Shown here: in pieces, positions 1-11,820 of the stretch
How positions within the stretch are numbered: the stretch's first letter is position 1
Layout of the letters: each line of letters starts with the position of its first letter
Assembly: GCF_009834535.1 (NCBI RefSeq)
Contig: NC_045696.1
Coordinates: 41,852,001 to 41,916,000, forward strand
Origin: Camelus ferus
Lineage: Eukaryota
DNA: 64,000 bases
Direction: 5' to 3'
Position numbers and translations under genes: made by a program
Notes under the pieces: generated by a model
What the model was told of the DNA's origin: nothing
Seen by the model: the letters and a program-made list of their open reading frames with translations, nothing else
The model's database searches: none

Positions 1-199
1 CACAACTCAGGAATGTCTCTTCAGAAAGCTGGGAGTCATCTTTTTGAAATGCAAAGATCAAGGGAGATAGCGTCCCTATCTTCACAGGTCTTGTGGGAAG
101 ACAAAAACCTAACTTTAGGGGGCGCCTTGCTCCAATTTGCAAAACTACCTCCTCTCAGAAAGATGAGACATTTGTTTCATTTTTTAATTCTGTGTTGCA

Positions 200-545
200 C
201 GACAGTGCCGCTTTTCCACGCCGGAAGACGTTCCCTTTGTGGTGTGACGTCTTATGGCAGCGCCGGGAAGAAAGGGTGGGACTTCCGGCTGCGGCTCTTC
301 GGTCAGCAACCGATACGGCGTGGAGTGATAGGCGGACTGTGGTTGTTTGCGGAGCGGATCTCTGGGCAGCGCTTCGCGGCCGAATCCTGCGTCCTCTTGG
401 GGTCCCTGCGATTTGCACCGGTGGGAAACATCCTGTCTGCACTCCTGGTATGGACGGATTTCTTGTCACCTGCCAGTGTGTGTGGTGACGTGGGAGAAAG
501 CGGGAGAACTAAGATACGCTAAGTGGCGCATGTGCGCTAAGCAGC
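200..545 (+). promoter_or_regulatory. CpG-rich promoter of TRMT10C
   Basis: Locally CpG-dense. ETS/GABP motifs CCGGAAG (221-227) and ACTTCCGG (281-288), CRE-like TGACGTC (245-251), NRF1-like GCGCATGTGCGC (526-537). Lies ~2 kb upstream of the TRMT10C ORF. Confidence 0.75.
285..447 (+). other. TRMT10C: Probable non-coding exon 1 (5'UTR) of TRMT10C; start approximate
   Basis: Donor-like CTG|GTATGG at 447/448 inside the CpG island; matching acceptor ttttcttcttttatag| at 2470; no ATG in the segment. Confidence 0.55.
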
Positions 546-2482
546 CCAGAGATAGGAGGAAGCCCAGTGATTTAATAGACTATAAGCAGTACAATATCTG
601 GAACAAGAGAAGTGTATCCCAAAATAGTATCTTTGTTCACCTTCTCAGTTCGGCGGGTTTTGGTTTTATTTCTATGATGTCCTAAAAATTCTAACCAGGT
701 ACAAAGACAAAACTCAAAAAAGACTGTTTCTGAAATAAATGTTTCGCATGTTGGGGCTGAGAACTCGGTTAAATGTTTCGAGGAGGCTAAAGTAAATTGT
801 TTTTTCTTTAAAAGGTGGCTGAATGTGTTTTAAGTGTGAGAATCACTGACCTTGAGTATTTAATCGAAAAATCTTCAGTGATAAATGTGAGCCGTATACT
901 GCCAAGCAGTGGGTTCAGTGTTAATATACAGCCCTTGTCCTGATAGAGTTTACCGTGTAGTGGGGCAAATAAGTAACCAGGTAGTTACAATTCAGCATTA
1001 CAAGCATTATAGTGGACAAGTGCAAGGTGCTAAAAGAACTAGTAGGGCGAATAATTGACCTAAAGTTTGAGGTGAAGAATAGCTAGAGATGTAGCTGAAG
1101 AGTTAAGCAGAGGGTGTTTTTTATGAAAAACTTTTATACGTCATATGTATGTTTAGACTTTAACCTGGCAGCAATGGGCTTAAACATACACATTGAGGAT
1201 GTCAGTGTATTGATCAGATTTGCACTAGCTCCAAATGACTTAGAGATGAGGGAGAGTAAATCTAGGAGATGCAATAAAGAAAACAGGGTTGAAGAGAAGT
1301 GAATGGATTCTACAAGTGTTTAGAAAGTAAATGAATATAATTCAGATGGATTAGGTATGGTGCGTGTGAGAGGGAGCAGTAATGAAATGACCTCGTTTCT
1401 GGCTTCAGCAAATGGATAGATAGCAGTGTCCCTTCCTGATACAATGCAGAAAGAGAAGCAGCTTGGGAAGGGAGCGGAGAGAGTTTATTTCAATTTGTGC
1501 ATTTGAGGTGTCATGGTGATTGAAGCCAAGGAGGTAGATCAAGCTCATAGGGAAAATGTTTAGATTGAAAAAAGCGCTAAGGACAGAATTCAGAAGCACA
1601 TCCACCTCTTGTGTGGGGTGGAAAGTGGAATCTGAGCATCAGTGCACAGGTTAGAGACCCAGGAGCATGCAGTGTCATTAAATGAAGCCAAGGGAAGAAG
1701 GAATTTTTCAACTATTTTAGTTGAATTTTATGAAAAGTTTAATGCCTTTTTTTTTCCTTCAAATCTGGCACTAGTTTCACATACTTAAGCATCTTCATTG
1801 TTTTGTGGATATCTTTAGAATAAAATTGTGGAGCTTATTTATATTTACCCTAATTTGGGGTATTTTGTTTGGCAGTAACATTATTTGCTGCAGAATAAAG
1901 CCTAAATTGGAGAAGGAAGGTTTTGTTTTTAGATCAGTAGATCTCTCTGTATTTCTGTTTTGAAAACATGAGGGTGCAGCAACTGCTAGGTGCTTTTTAG
2001 TAGTTATCATTTGTAACTTAGCTGCCCTTTGTCTTCATGTGTTGCTTGTTGAGGATCTTGTGTTTGGGTCTGTATCTGGACTTAGTATAGCATGGAGAAG
2101 AATACAGCACCATTATCTCAGCCACATCTGTGGTACATAAGTTTGTTATGCAGTAACATTGATCTTCTGGGCAGCTAGATACAAATCTAAAAAGGATCTT
2201 CAAGGTAACCTTTTGCCTAAATTAGTAGTGAAATTCAGATCAGAAATAAGACCCAAATAAGTTTTAAACTTTTTGCCTGGTGAGTGATCACAGGATCCAG
2301 GCCGCAGGAGTCAAAGAAAAATTAATGGTGCAGCAAGTAAGTTGGACTAAGATTCCATTTTGTGTTTCAGAAATCAGTATTTTGATGTCTCACATTTACA
2401 CTTACTTGCATAGTTAGTTGAGAGGTTTTGAAAATCTTTAACTTTTCATTACATTTTTCTTCTTTTATAGGGCTTTTCTTAT

Positions 2483-3742
2483 ATGCCTATTTTCCTCAAA
2501 ATGAGTGTTACCTTCTTAAGACCTTTTGCCAGAGTTTTGGTGCCATTTACCCTTCATAGGAAGAGAAGGGTTTTATGTTCAACTGTTCTGCAGAGACACA
2601 TGTCTTCCAAAATACCAGCTGCATCCTACCCTAATAAGGAGAGTACATCACCTCCTGAACAGCTGGAGTTGGATGGGTGGAAAATTACAATGAAATCTAG
2701 CGCTCAAGAAGAGGGTGTTTCAACAGTTTTGAGTAGCAAGGATGAAGATCCTCTAGCTGCCACCAAGGAGCTAATTGAGATGTGGAGACTACTTGGCAGA
2801 GACGTACCAGAACACATCAGTGAAGAAGAGCTCAAAACCATTATGGAATGTGTTTCTAAATCATCCAAAAGAAAATATTTAAAATATTTATATGTTCGGG
2901 AAAAAATGAAAAAAGTCAAGCAAATAAAAAAGGAAATGAAAATAGCAGCAAAAGAACAAGTAAAGAAAGATCAGCTACCAGAAACCACTAAGGAAGATAA
3001 ACAGCAAAACTTTCTATTTCTCCGACTTTGGGATAGGAATATGGACATTGCAATGGGCTGGAAGGGTGCCCAGGCCATGCAGTTTGGACAACCTCTGGTT
3101 TTTGACATGGCTTATGATGACTGTATGAAACCAAAAGAACTGCAGAATGCTGTTTCTCAACTTTTAGAAAGTGAGGGATGGAACAGGAGAAATGTCGATC
3201 CTTTCCATATTTATTTTTGCAATCTTAAAACAGGTGGTGCTTACCATAGAGAGTTAGTTAAACGTTATGGAGAAAAGTGGAACAAATTGCTTTTAACAGC
3301 AACAGAAATGTCTCATGTAGATTTATTTCCAAAGGATAATATGATATATTTAACTGCAGATTCTCCCAATGTTATGACTACTTTCAAGCATGACAAGATT
3401 TATATAGTGGGATCTTTGGTTGATAAGAATATGCAGCCAGGCATATCCCTAGCCAAGGCAAAACGGCTGAAGCTGGCAACAGAATGCCTTCCACTAGATA
3501 AATATTTACAGTGGGACACTGGTACGAAAAATCTCACCTTAGATCAAATGATACGTATTTTGCTATGTCTGAAAAACACTGGTAATTGGGAAGAGGCTCT
3601 GAAGTTTGTTCCTAGGAGAAAACATACTGGTTATCTGGAGATTTCTCAGCATTCTCAAGAGTTTATTAACAGACTGAAGAAGTCAAAGACTTTTAATTCA
3701 TTTCCAAGAAGCTCTGTAAATAGACGCTCACAGAAAAGTTAG
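2483..3742 (+). CDS. TRMT10C: tRNA methyltransferase 10 homolog C (mitochondrial RNase P protein 1, MRPP1), 419 aa, single coding exon
   Basis: Intact ORF with an Arg-rich mitochondrial-presequence-like N-terminus and SPOUT/Trm10 motifs ([44 protein letters not shown]). Splice acceptor 12 nt upstream of the ATG. Confidence 0.97.
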   Translation: MPIFLKMSVTFLRPFARVLVPFTLHRKRRVLCSTVLQRHMSSKIPAASYPNKESTSPPEQLELDGWKITMKSSAQEEGVSTVLSSKDEDPLAATKELIEMWRLLGRDVPEHISEEELKTIMECVSKSSKRKYLKYLYVREKMKKVKQIKKEMKIAAKEQVKKDQLPETTKEDKQQNFLFLRLWDRNMDIAMGWKGAQAMQFGQPLVFDMAYDDCMKPKELQNAVSQLLESEGWNRRNVDPFHIYFCNLKTGGAYHRELVKRYGEKWNKLLLTATEMSHVDLFPKDNMIYLTADSPNVMTTFKHDKIYIVGSLVDKNMQPGISLAKAKRLKLATECLPLDKYLQWDTGTKNLTLDQMIRILLCLKNTGNWEEALKFVPRRKHTGYLEISQHSQEFINRLKKSKTFNSFPRSSVNRRSQKS

Positions 3743-3868
3743 CTTGAATTAGAATAATTCATTATAATCCAGTTCTATTAGTCTATTTCATCCTGAATGG
3801 AATTCACTTGCTCTTTCTTTTAAAGGTTGTTTTTCCAAACTAACTGAAATACTGTCTTTCTCCAATTA

Positions 3869-3874
3869 ATTAAA
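3869..3874 (+). terminator. Candidate poly(A) signal ATTAAA for TRMT10C (second ATTAAA at 3928-3933)
   Basis: Variant hexamer ~130 nt after the stop, followed by T/GT-rich sequence. Confidence 0.45.
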
Positions 3875-5213
3875 TATCTACAAAACTTTGGAACTATATT
3901 TTGTTTACTATAAAAGGAAACAATAGTATTAAAAAGTAAAAAGAGTTGTCCACATTTATTTGAGTCCAGTAAAACAACTGTACCACTGGTGTGGCTTTTT
4001 TATGACTACTTTGAGCCTCAGACTTCATTTTCCTTCTTAAATGTTCTTTTAGCCATGTCAGTAACTACCCTTTCTTCAAAAATTGATGAATCTTCAGGTG
4101 GTGGTTGATTTTTTAAAGTAACAGTTGGTACAGTGCTGGGCATGTCATAGGCACTAAGGTATATTGTTTAACTGTATCTTGGTTAAACAGAAAGTTAAGA
4201 CACCCCTTGGCATGTCATGAAATTGGGCTGCATAATGCCAAGTGGGCTTGTGGGGATAAAACTCATTTCTTGTCCTTTTAGGAAAAATGATTTATTTTAG
4301 AGTGTTACTATAGCACTTCCCATATTGTAGATGGCTTTTTTTTTTTTTTTTCAAGGAAATACTTCCTATTCTCTAGCCCTGTGATTTGAATGGAAGCTGC
4401 CATATTTTTACAGACCTTACCCCCTGGCCACAGCTGATTATCCCAAAAAAGACACCTCACTCAAGCTTTGAGATGTGTATCTGACTTTAAGACAGGTCAG
4501 TCAGAATCCTTTTCCAGGATTTTTGGACTTCTCAAGATAGCTTGTGTTAACTTTTCTAGTGGTAAACTTTGAGAGATAGGAAGCTCTGGAATTGGTGGTG
4601 GCCATGCCCTCTTCTGTGAAGGAAGTCAGGCATACAGAAATGAACTTTAGGAACCATATTCATTGTAGACTTTTTGCACCATTAAAAATTTTGAAAACAT
4701 GGGAAATAGAGATGTATGGCCAAGTATTTGTACCTAGTTCCTATACTGGAAATTAGCACAAGGTATACTATCCAATACATCTCTTAAAGCAGGACTCAAG
4801 TCTTCTACCAAATACTAAGTACCTACTCTGTGCCAAATAGTTACTATGCAATTTTCATTAATTATTTAAACAACTAAGTTTATGTACTATCATTAACACC
4901 TTTTTTACAGATAAGGAAAATTTACTTAAAATAATTCAGCCTTTAAGTATCTCAATTCAAAAGGTCTGTCTGACTTTAAAGTCTCAGCTTTTAACCTATA
5001 AATTAAGCCCTCTATAATAAGGCAAGTGTGAAATGGAATGGAAAAACACAGAATGCCTAGCCCAAACTCAAGGAATCGGGAAAGGCCTTTAAGAAAGTGA
5101 TGTGTAAACTTAGAATTGATGAGAAGTGCATTATGAGTGAATTTCAACTCTTAGACCCTACTAAGTAGCAAGGTGCTAATACTTGAACAGCTTGAGATAG
5201 ATTGAAAATAAAA

Positions 5214-5260
5214 GCTTGCTTAGTGTGCAAGAGGTCCTGGGTTCGATCCCCAGTACCTCC
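5214..5260 (+). mobile_element. 5'-truncated tRNA-derived SINE fragment
   Basis: B-box half GAGGTCCTGGGTTCGATCCCCAGTACCTCC, matching the other SINE copies. Confidence 0.7.
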
Positions 5261-5437
5261 GCTAACATATATACATATGTAAAGTAGCACAGTGGTTAAG
5301 AACAAGGGGTTAAGACTGCCTGACAGGATCGGCACTAGAGGAAAGCAAACAAGGCTCCTAGAGCACCTCACTAGTCTTCTGTGTCCCAGCCCTGCTCTCT
5401 GCGTTCCACCCTGACAGGTTCTGACATTGCCTAAATT

Positions 5438-5543
5438 TTTGTTTGTTTTGGGGGGGAGGGAGGTAATTAGGTTTATTTATTTTTGATGGAGGTACTGGGG
5501 ATTGAACCCAGGACCTCGTGTATGCCAACACTATATCCTCCCC
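5438..5543 (-). mobile_element. tRNA-Ala-derived SINE (Vic-1-like), internally deleted
   Basis: GGAGGTACTGGGGATTGAACCCAGGACC core; target-site duplication TCTGACATTGC(C/T)TAAATT at 5420-5437 and 5544-5561. Confidence 0.85.
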
Positions 5544-6292
5544 TCTGACATTGCTTAAATTGATTAATCTCTTGAAATTTCAGTTTTCCTCATCTATAAA
5601 AAAGAGAAATAGTTCTTGACATAAAACATTGAATATGGTGTCTGGCACATAAGTGCTAAGTAAATATAAACTATCTAATTCAGACTATATATTCAGAATA
5701 TATAGAATATCTAATACACTATATGCAAGTTATTGTGTCCCTTTGAGGAGTATATTTCTATTTCTGTGTAACAATATGCTAAGGTGTTTCAGTGATGCAA
5801 CAGTATAATTTTTTAAAAAGCAATAACTGATTTCTAAAACTGCTTCTCATGTAGATAAATCAGTGGCAAGCTTATCCACAGTTTGAGCTCAAACTGATTT
5901 TAGTTTTCCAAATTTTTTAGAATTTAGAATTTAGCAGAACCTCAGATACTGCTTCAATTTCTCCAAACTAGATGGTCTCATTTCCCAGCACTAAGTAGGC
6001 AGTAACAGCTTTTCTCTCTATCTCAAACACCTAATAATTTATAGTATTCATCATCTTTGATGGCTTTGTTGCCTATGTTCTCATTGTCTTCCCCTTCTTA
6101 CCTATTAATGTTTTCATGTAATAACATTTCTAGTTCTCTCCTTTTGCTCTTTTCAAACATGCTACCAAATTCCCAACTTCTAATAAAAGTTTTTAAAAGT
6201 CTGTTTGCTACTATTATTTCTACTATAATACACAGTTTAAGTTCTAAGCCAGATCCTTCAAGTCAATATTGAGAAGTTTCCATTTCCTCTAC

Positions 6293-6650
6293 ACCACTGC
6301 TGTTAAACAGAAATATAATGGAATACACTTACATACTTTTAAAATTCCCAATAGCCACGTTAAAGAGATGAAGTTTATTTTATGTCCATATGTCCATACT
6401 ATTATTTCAATTTGTATTATTAAAAATGAATGAGATTTTATATTCATATTAGTTTTTTCAAACTAAGCATTCAAAATCTAGTGTTTTAATAGTTACAGCA
6501 CGTCTTAATATGAATACTAAATCTTCAATAAAGTAAAACGCAGTCCTACCAAAACAATAGAGTCCTCTTTAACAAAAGCAAACTGCTTCAGTGCTTTATC
6601 AGTAAGAGCTCAGTTCCTCAGTGGCTTGAGTGCACTGAACAGTGCAACTC
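6293..6650. mobile_element. hAT-Charlie DNA transposon relic (MER3/MER33-like)
   Basis: Resembles the MER33 consensus as I recall it (aatagccac..aaa, tattatttcaa, gagattttatattc, ttcaaaatctagtgt). Confidence 0.5.
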
Positions 6651-7130
6651 TAGTACTGCTTGATAACCCTGTGATCTGTTCTGTGCTTATATCAATTCTA
6701 TCCTTTCCAGCCAGATTCAATGGCTACTTCTTACTAAATAATGGACCATGGATATCTCACTGAACTTTTCCCTCCTTGAAACAATCCTTCATTTCCTTAT
6801 CACAGCAATTATCTTCTTTTTCCCAGTCTTAACAGTTTATCTGCCTCATTGGTTCATTCATTCATTCAGCAAATATTTATTGAGCTTCAATTTTAAAAAA
6901 AAGTAGAAAAATTATTGGGTACCTACTATGTACACAGAAGTATTTTAGTTGTTGGTGTTACAGCAGTGAACAAAATATCTCCAGCTTTTATGGATATTAA
7001 ATTCTGGATGGCAGAAAGGAGACAGGCCAAAGTAATGTAAAATGTCAGATGGTAGTAAGTAATATGAAGGTTAAAGGAGAAAGGGGAAAGCTGGAGTGAG
7101 GAGGCATTACTTTTTTATAAAAGGTTGGTT

Positions 7131-7285
7131 GGGAGTGGGAAGTTATAGCTCAGTGGTAGAGTGCATGCTTAGCATGCACAAAGTCCTGGGTTCAATTCCC
7201 AGTGCCTCCCTTAAGTAAATAAATAAATAAACCTAATTCTCCCCCGCCCCCAACCAAAACCAAAAAAAGAAAAGAAAGAAAAAAA
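7131..7285 (+). mobile_element. tRNA-Ala-derived SINE (Vic-1-like)
   Basis: A box TAGCTCAGTGG, anticodon-loop relic CTTAGCATG, B box GGTTCAATTCC, (TAAA)n-CCTAATT-C-run-A tail; TSD AAAAG(G/A)TTGGTTGGG at 7119-7133 and 7282-7296. Confidence 0.92.
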
Positions 7286-7751
7286 GATTGGTTGGGGACT
7301 GTCTTCTACGTAGGTTGTTCACTGCACAAGAGCACCCATATTACTCTCTGGTACAGGGCCATGTTTGCTAGAAGAAAGAAGCACCATTTTTTTTCATATA
7401 TAGGCACCATCTGCCTTTAAGCCATGTGGTTTAAAGACTGCATCCAATAACAGGATATCCCTTTTCTAGTTTGCACAAAGACTGACAAGATGACATCTGA
7501 GCAAAGACCTGAAGGAAGTGAGAGTGAGCTATGGAGATGTGAGGGAAGGGAATTCCCGGGAAAGGGAACAATGAGTGGACAGGCTGTGAAAGAAGGTTCA
7601 AGATAAAAGGAGGCTAGTGTAGCTGAAGCAGTGTGGATAAAGAGAGCTGAAAATGGGGTCACAGGAGCAGCTAGGGATCTGTCATATAAGACTCTTAAGC
7701 CACTGTAAGGATTTTGGGTTTTATTCTGAATAAAATGTAAAGATTGGATAG

Positions 7752-8030
7752 GTTTTTTTTTAACTTTTTTTATTGAGTTATAGTCACTTTACAATGTTGT
7801 GTCAATTTCCAGTGTAGAGCACAATTTTTCAGTTATACATGAACATACATATATTATCACTTTTTTTTGCTGTGAGCTACCACAAGGTCTTGCACACACT
7901 TCCCTGTGCTACACAGTATAATCTTGTTTATCTATTTTACATATGCCTGTCAGTATCTACAAATTTCGAACTCCCATTCTGTCCCTTCCCACTCCCCTCC
8001 CCCTTGGCAACCACAAGTTTGTATTCTATG
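7752..8030 (-). mobile_element. 5'-truncated young L1 3' end (artiodactyl/camelid type)
   Basis: Poly-T followed by L1 3'UTR-like sequence; perfect TSD AAGATTGGATAG at 7740-7751 and 8031-8042. Confidence 0.8.
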
Positions 8031-9641
8031 AAGATTGGATAGTCTTGAGCAAAAAAGTGACATGTTCCTGATGTTTTAATAGGAAGACTAGAATGTAAGC
8101 TCTATGAGGGCCGGGATTTTTATTTTTGTCATATTTACTGCTGTATCCCCAGGACCTGGTACAGTGCCTGGCACATAACAAGCACTTTAAAATTTGTTGA
8201 GTGAATGCAACTGATTCATTTCAAAAGGATCACTTTTGCTGCTTTATTGAGACTAGATTAGAAAAGAGGGACCAGTGAGGAGGCTATTGCAGTAACATAG
8301 GTGAAAGATAATAGTGGGTTGGACCAGGATGGTAGGTATCAAATATCAAAGATCTGGAGACAATGAGCATAAATAATCCTTATCAAAGAGTTTCTATATG
8401 AAGGGAAATAGTGATGAGGAGCTAGGTAATGAAATCAAGAGAGGAGTTTTTGTTTTTGTTATATAAAAATAGGAGATACAAGAACATGTATATTTGCTGT
8501 TGGGGAATGATCCAGTAGTTGGGGGTGGGAGAAGAATATGATGGAACAGTCGAGTGAGACCTTATGTAAGGAAGAAGGATGGAATTTACTGCATAAGTAA
8601 CAAAATAAGACAGAAAATATAACTACAAATGCAGGTACCACACCACAGATACATACAGAATTATTATGATTTCTGAATATACAGAAATTGTTTTGATTTC
8701 TGTTATTTTCTCACTGGAAAGCACAGTCATCAGTTGAAGGGGAGGAGTTCTTGGATGTTTCTGGAGAGCACAGAAGGTATGAAACAGTCTAGGAAAGTGA
8801 ATGAATTAGGGCCATGATTCTCAAAGTATGGTCCCAGATTGTTAGTGAAATCATGATTAGCCACTTTTCCTCTCTGATTTTGTTGTAGCTCTCTGCCTGA
8901 ATTCCAAGATCAGCTCTACCTCTTACCTTTTCAGTGTCACAGTTACCTCTTCCATAAAAGAGCAATAGTAGCACTTAATTCATAGGATGTACTTGATTTC
9001 ATGTTAAAAACTTGCAAACTATGCTTGGCATACAGTAAGCATGAATATATGTTAGATATTATACTCACAAATAACATATTTACATTAAAACAATAGTTGT
9101 CCATATTACCTCCCATTTCCAGCTTTTTAAATCATCTGAATGGCTTTTTAGAGGTCACAAACAATAGCTCTTATTGAGCAAGTGCCCACCATGAACTAGG
9201 CACTATATTACACATTTTACCTGTATTATCACTTATCTTCTCAGTAACCCTCTAAGTATTAGTACATTTTTATAGTTAAAACATATTCAGTAAGATTACT
9301 TTATCAGTTCAAACTCACAGAATTAGCAAATGGCAGGGTTAGAATTTAAATTTAGTTTTGTCTGATGCAATGCTGCTGCTCTTTGCCCTGCACTACACTG
9401 CCTTTTCATTCCTTAACCCATTTGTTTGGGGTTACTGAAGCTTGCATTCATTTTTCCCAATGAGTATTTATTGAAAACTGGCATAGTCTAGGTCCTAGGG
9501 AAACAATGGTGAGCAAGATAGGCACGATATGATCTCATGGAACTGAGAGGTGAATGGATTAATATCTTCCATCCTTAACTTCTACAATGTGGTATATGGA
9601 ACTGGATAGCTATATGTGACCTCTCTGAACTTCATTTTTCT

Positions 9642-9754
9642 TTTTTTGGTGGGGAGGGAGGGTAATTAAGTCATTTATTTATTTATTTATTTAAATGGAG
9701 GAACTGGGGATTGAACCTAGGACCTCCTGCAGGCTAAGCTTGCACTCTTCCCCC
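9642..9754 (-). mobile_element. tRNA-Ala-derived SINE (Vic-1-like)
   Basis: Core motif; TSD CTGAACTTCATTTTTCT at 9625-9641 and 9755-9771. Confidence 0.88.
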
Positions 9755-11159
9755 CTGAACTTCATTTTTCTCATTTAAAAATATAAACATCCATAAATAA
9801 ACACATAATTACACATAAAATCTCATGTTTATGTCTCTAGTGAAAAATGATAGAGTGTCAGTGATTAAGTAACTTTTGGAGATCACATCTAGGAAAAATG
9901 AAACAAACTTGAATTAATTATCTGCTCTATGTAAAATACTTTGCTGGCACTTTTACATATACCGTCATAAATGGGGACCAAGGACTTGAAATCACCAAAT
10001 CACCGTATCAGCAAACTGTCCTTCTGTCACAGGAAACACACTTTGATTCTTTCTTTATTTGCCAGATGGAGCCTGCGGAACCATCCATACACAAATACTG
10101 AACATCTTTCATATACGAAACGTTCAATACAAAACACAGTGAAGAAAAAAAATTTTTTTAATGGTCTCCATCGTCAAAGAACTTTTGAGCCATATAGGGA
10201 GACTTTTTTTTTTTTTGAACACGTACTGAAAGAAGTAAAAAGTGACCAAAGAATGGTATATGTAACCCAGTATCTCATTTGATCCCCAGGACCACCCTTT
10301 GAGGAAGTACTGTTATTATTTCTATTTTATAGAGAAGGAAATGTAGGTCCGTAGGCAATAAGAAACCCTCAAGGTTTATTAAGCCAGTTAAGAACAGATT
10401 AGGGATTTAAACCCAAGTTTTGACTCCTTAAGACCAATTTCTGTAACACTCACTGTATACTGTATGACAAACCCAAAAACTAGTTTCCTAGACAAGAAAG
10501 GGCATATGGCAAAAGGCAGCCCCGTATGGCAAGACGACAGTATAAATACAGAGAAATAGGGAAGGTGAAGCTGAAAAGTTAGGCTAAGGCTTGGACTTCA
10601 TTCTCAAACCCTCGGGACTCACTCAGTTTCTAAATAAGACAGAAACAGCCGTGGCCTTCACGTAGTCAAGTAACGTCTCCACACAGAAAATTGCGGCCTG
10701 TAGAAAAAGCAGTTTTACCACTTGCCTACATGATCTTGGATAAATTTTTCTTTGGTCTCAACTCTGTTAACAAGAGGATAAATCCGCACTGGACTATTGT
10801 GGGGTTTAAACGAGATATTGTCTAACACAAGAGGGCGCTCGACAAACGCAGACTTCCCTCAGATTGGGAAAAGAATTCGGCCCTACTTTTTTTTTTTTTT
10901 TTTTTTTTTTTTTGAGTAGGTACACGTGAGCTAGCAAAAACAGAGTGAAAGACCCTACTAGCTTCAGGTGAAATCACACCCCGGTCTGCAGAAACCTTTC
11001 AAGATTTCACCAACGTTTTCAGGGTTAGGTTCCCATCTCAGCTCATTTCTCTGGATCCGCCAGCAGACAATGAAAATCAAACTGCCCTCTAATGATGCCC
11101 CCAGTCATTCCCGTACTGGACCACCTTCCCCTCCCTTTCCTTAGAGGCGGCTTGCAGAT

Positions 11160-11820
11160 GATATCACATCCGCTTCCGTTTCCGAAGGCACGCTCTTTAT
11201 TCTCTAGGGCCGCTCTAGGCTACCACCTCCAGCGCTGGCTTCGAAGCTCAATGGTTGCTGGGCGGGGCCGTGACGTCCTTGGCGAGGCTGCAGGGGAGGC
11301 CGCGGCGGGGAAAATGGCGGACGGGAAGGCGGGAGAGGAGAAGCCTGAGAAACCGCAGCGAGCTGGAGCCGCCGGAGGTGAACACAACCCCAGCGTCGCG
11401 GGCTGCGTGGGATGCTGTGGGCCTTTCTTTGAGCTCCCTGGGGTGGGGGGAGGAGAGTGGGGTGAGAATGGGCAGATCTGGCGCTCACCCGGTCAGGTGC
11501 TGGGCCCAGACGAGCCCCGGGCACGCCCGGTGCGGCCCGCTGGGATCCGGGCCCACATCGCCTCCTTGTCGGGCGGAGCCGGTCACTGTTGGTCACGATC
11601 CTGGCCCCAGCGGAGGCCCTGCTTCCGAAGAGAAGGGAGATGGGCACCAGAAATGGGGACCGAACTCGGGGTGGGAATAGGAGTGGCGGTGCAGGGGCCG
11701 CTGCCGCCACACCGGAGACGCACATCACATAAAACGCACTCGCGCGCTCACCAAGTGCGAGTCACCGAGGAGTGGCCTTTCAGGAACTGGCCGCAGGCCG
11801 AGTTTCCGACGGTGCCGGCC
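11160..11820 (+). promoter_or_regulatory. CpG island promoter of PCNP
   Basis: GC/CpG-rich; CTTCCG ETS-like site (~11173), GC box GGGCGGGG (11260-11267), TGACGTC (11271-11277), YY1-type AAAATGGCGG overlapping the start codon (11311-11320). Confidence 0.85.
11314..11377 (+). CDS. PCNP: PEST-containing nuclear protein, exon 1 (MADGKAGEEKPEKPQRAGAAG)
   Basis: Strong Kozak AAAATGG; donor GAG|GTGAAC; 64 nt. The five exons sum to 537 nt = 178 aa + stop. Confidence 0.95.

Larger units (their letters stand above)
6850..8620 (-). mobile_element. Fragmented L2 LINE region, interrupted by a SINE and an L1
   Basis: (CATT)n CAGCAAATATTTATTGAG L2 tail; tgagcaaagacctgaaggaagtgag; gtaaggattttgggttttattctga. 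Confidence 0.65.

Noticed and set aside
13..685. Overlapping 100-170 aa ORFs on both strands
   Set aside because: GC-rich promoter lacking stop codons by composition; no recognisable protein.
4165..4242. Two 8-bp hairpins (TGTTTAAC/GTTAAACA and CTTGGCAT/ATGCCAAG) downstream of TRMT10C
   Set aside because: Short stems expected by chance; no ncRNA motif.
7131..7215. tRNA-Ala gene-like sequence (and its siblings)
   Set aside because: Has a SINE tail and TSDs with imperfect stems; a retroposon, not a tRNA gene.
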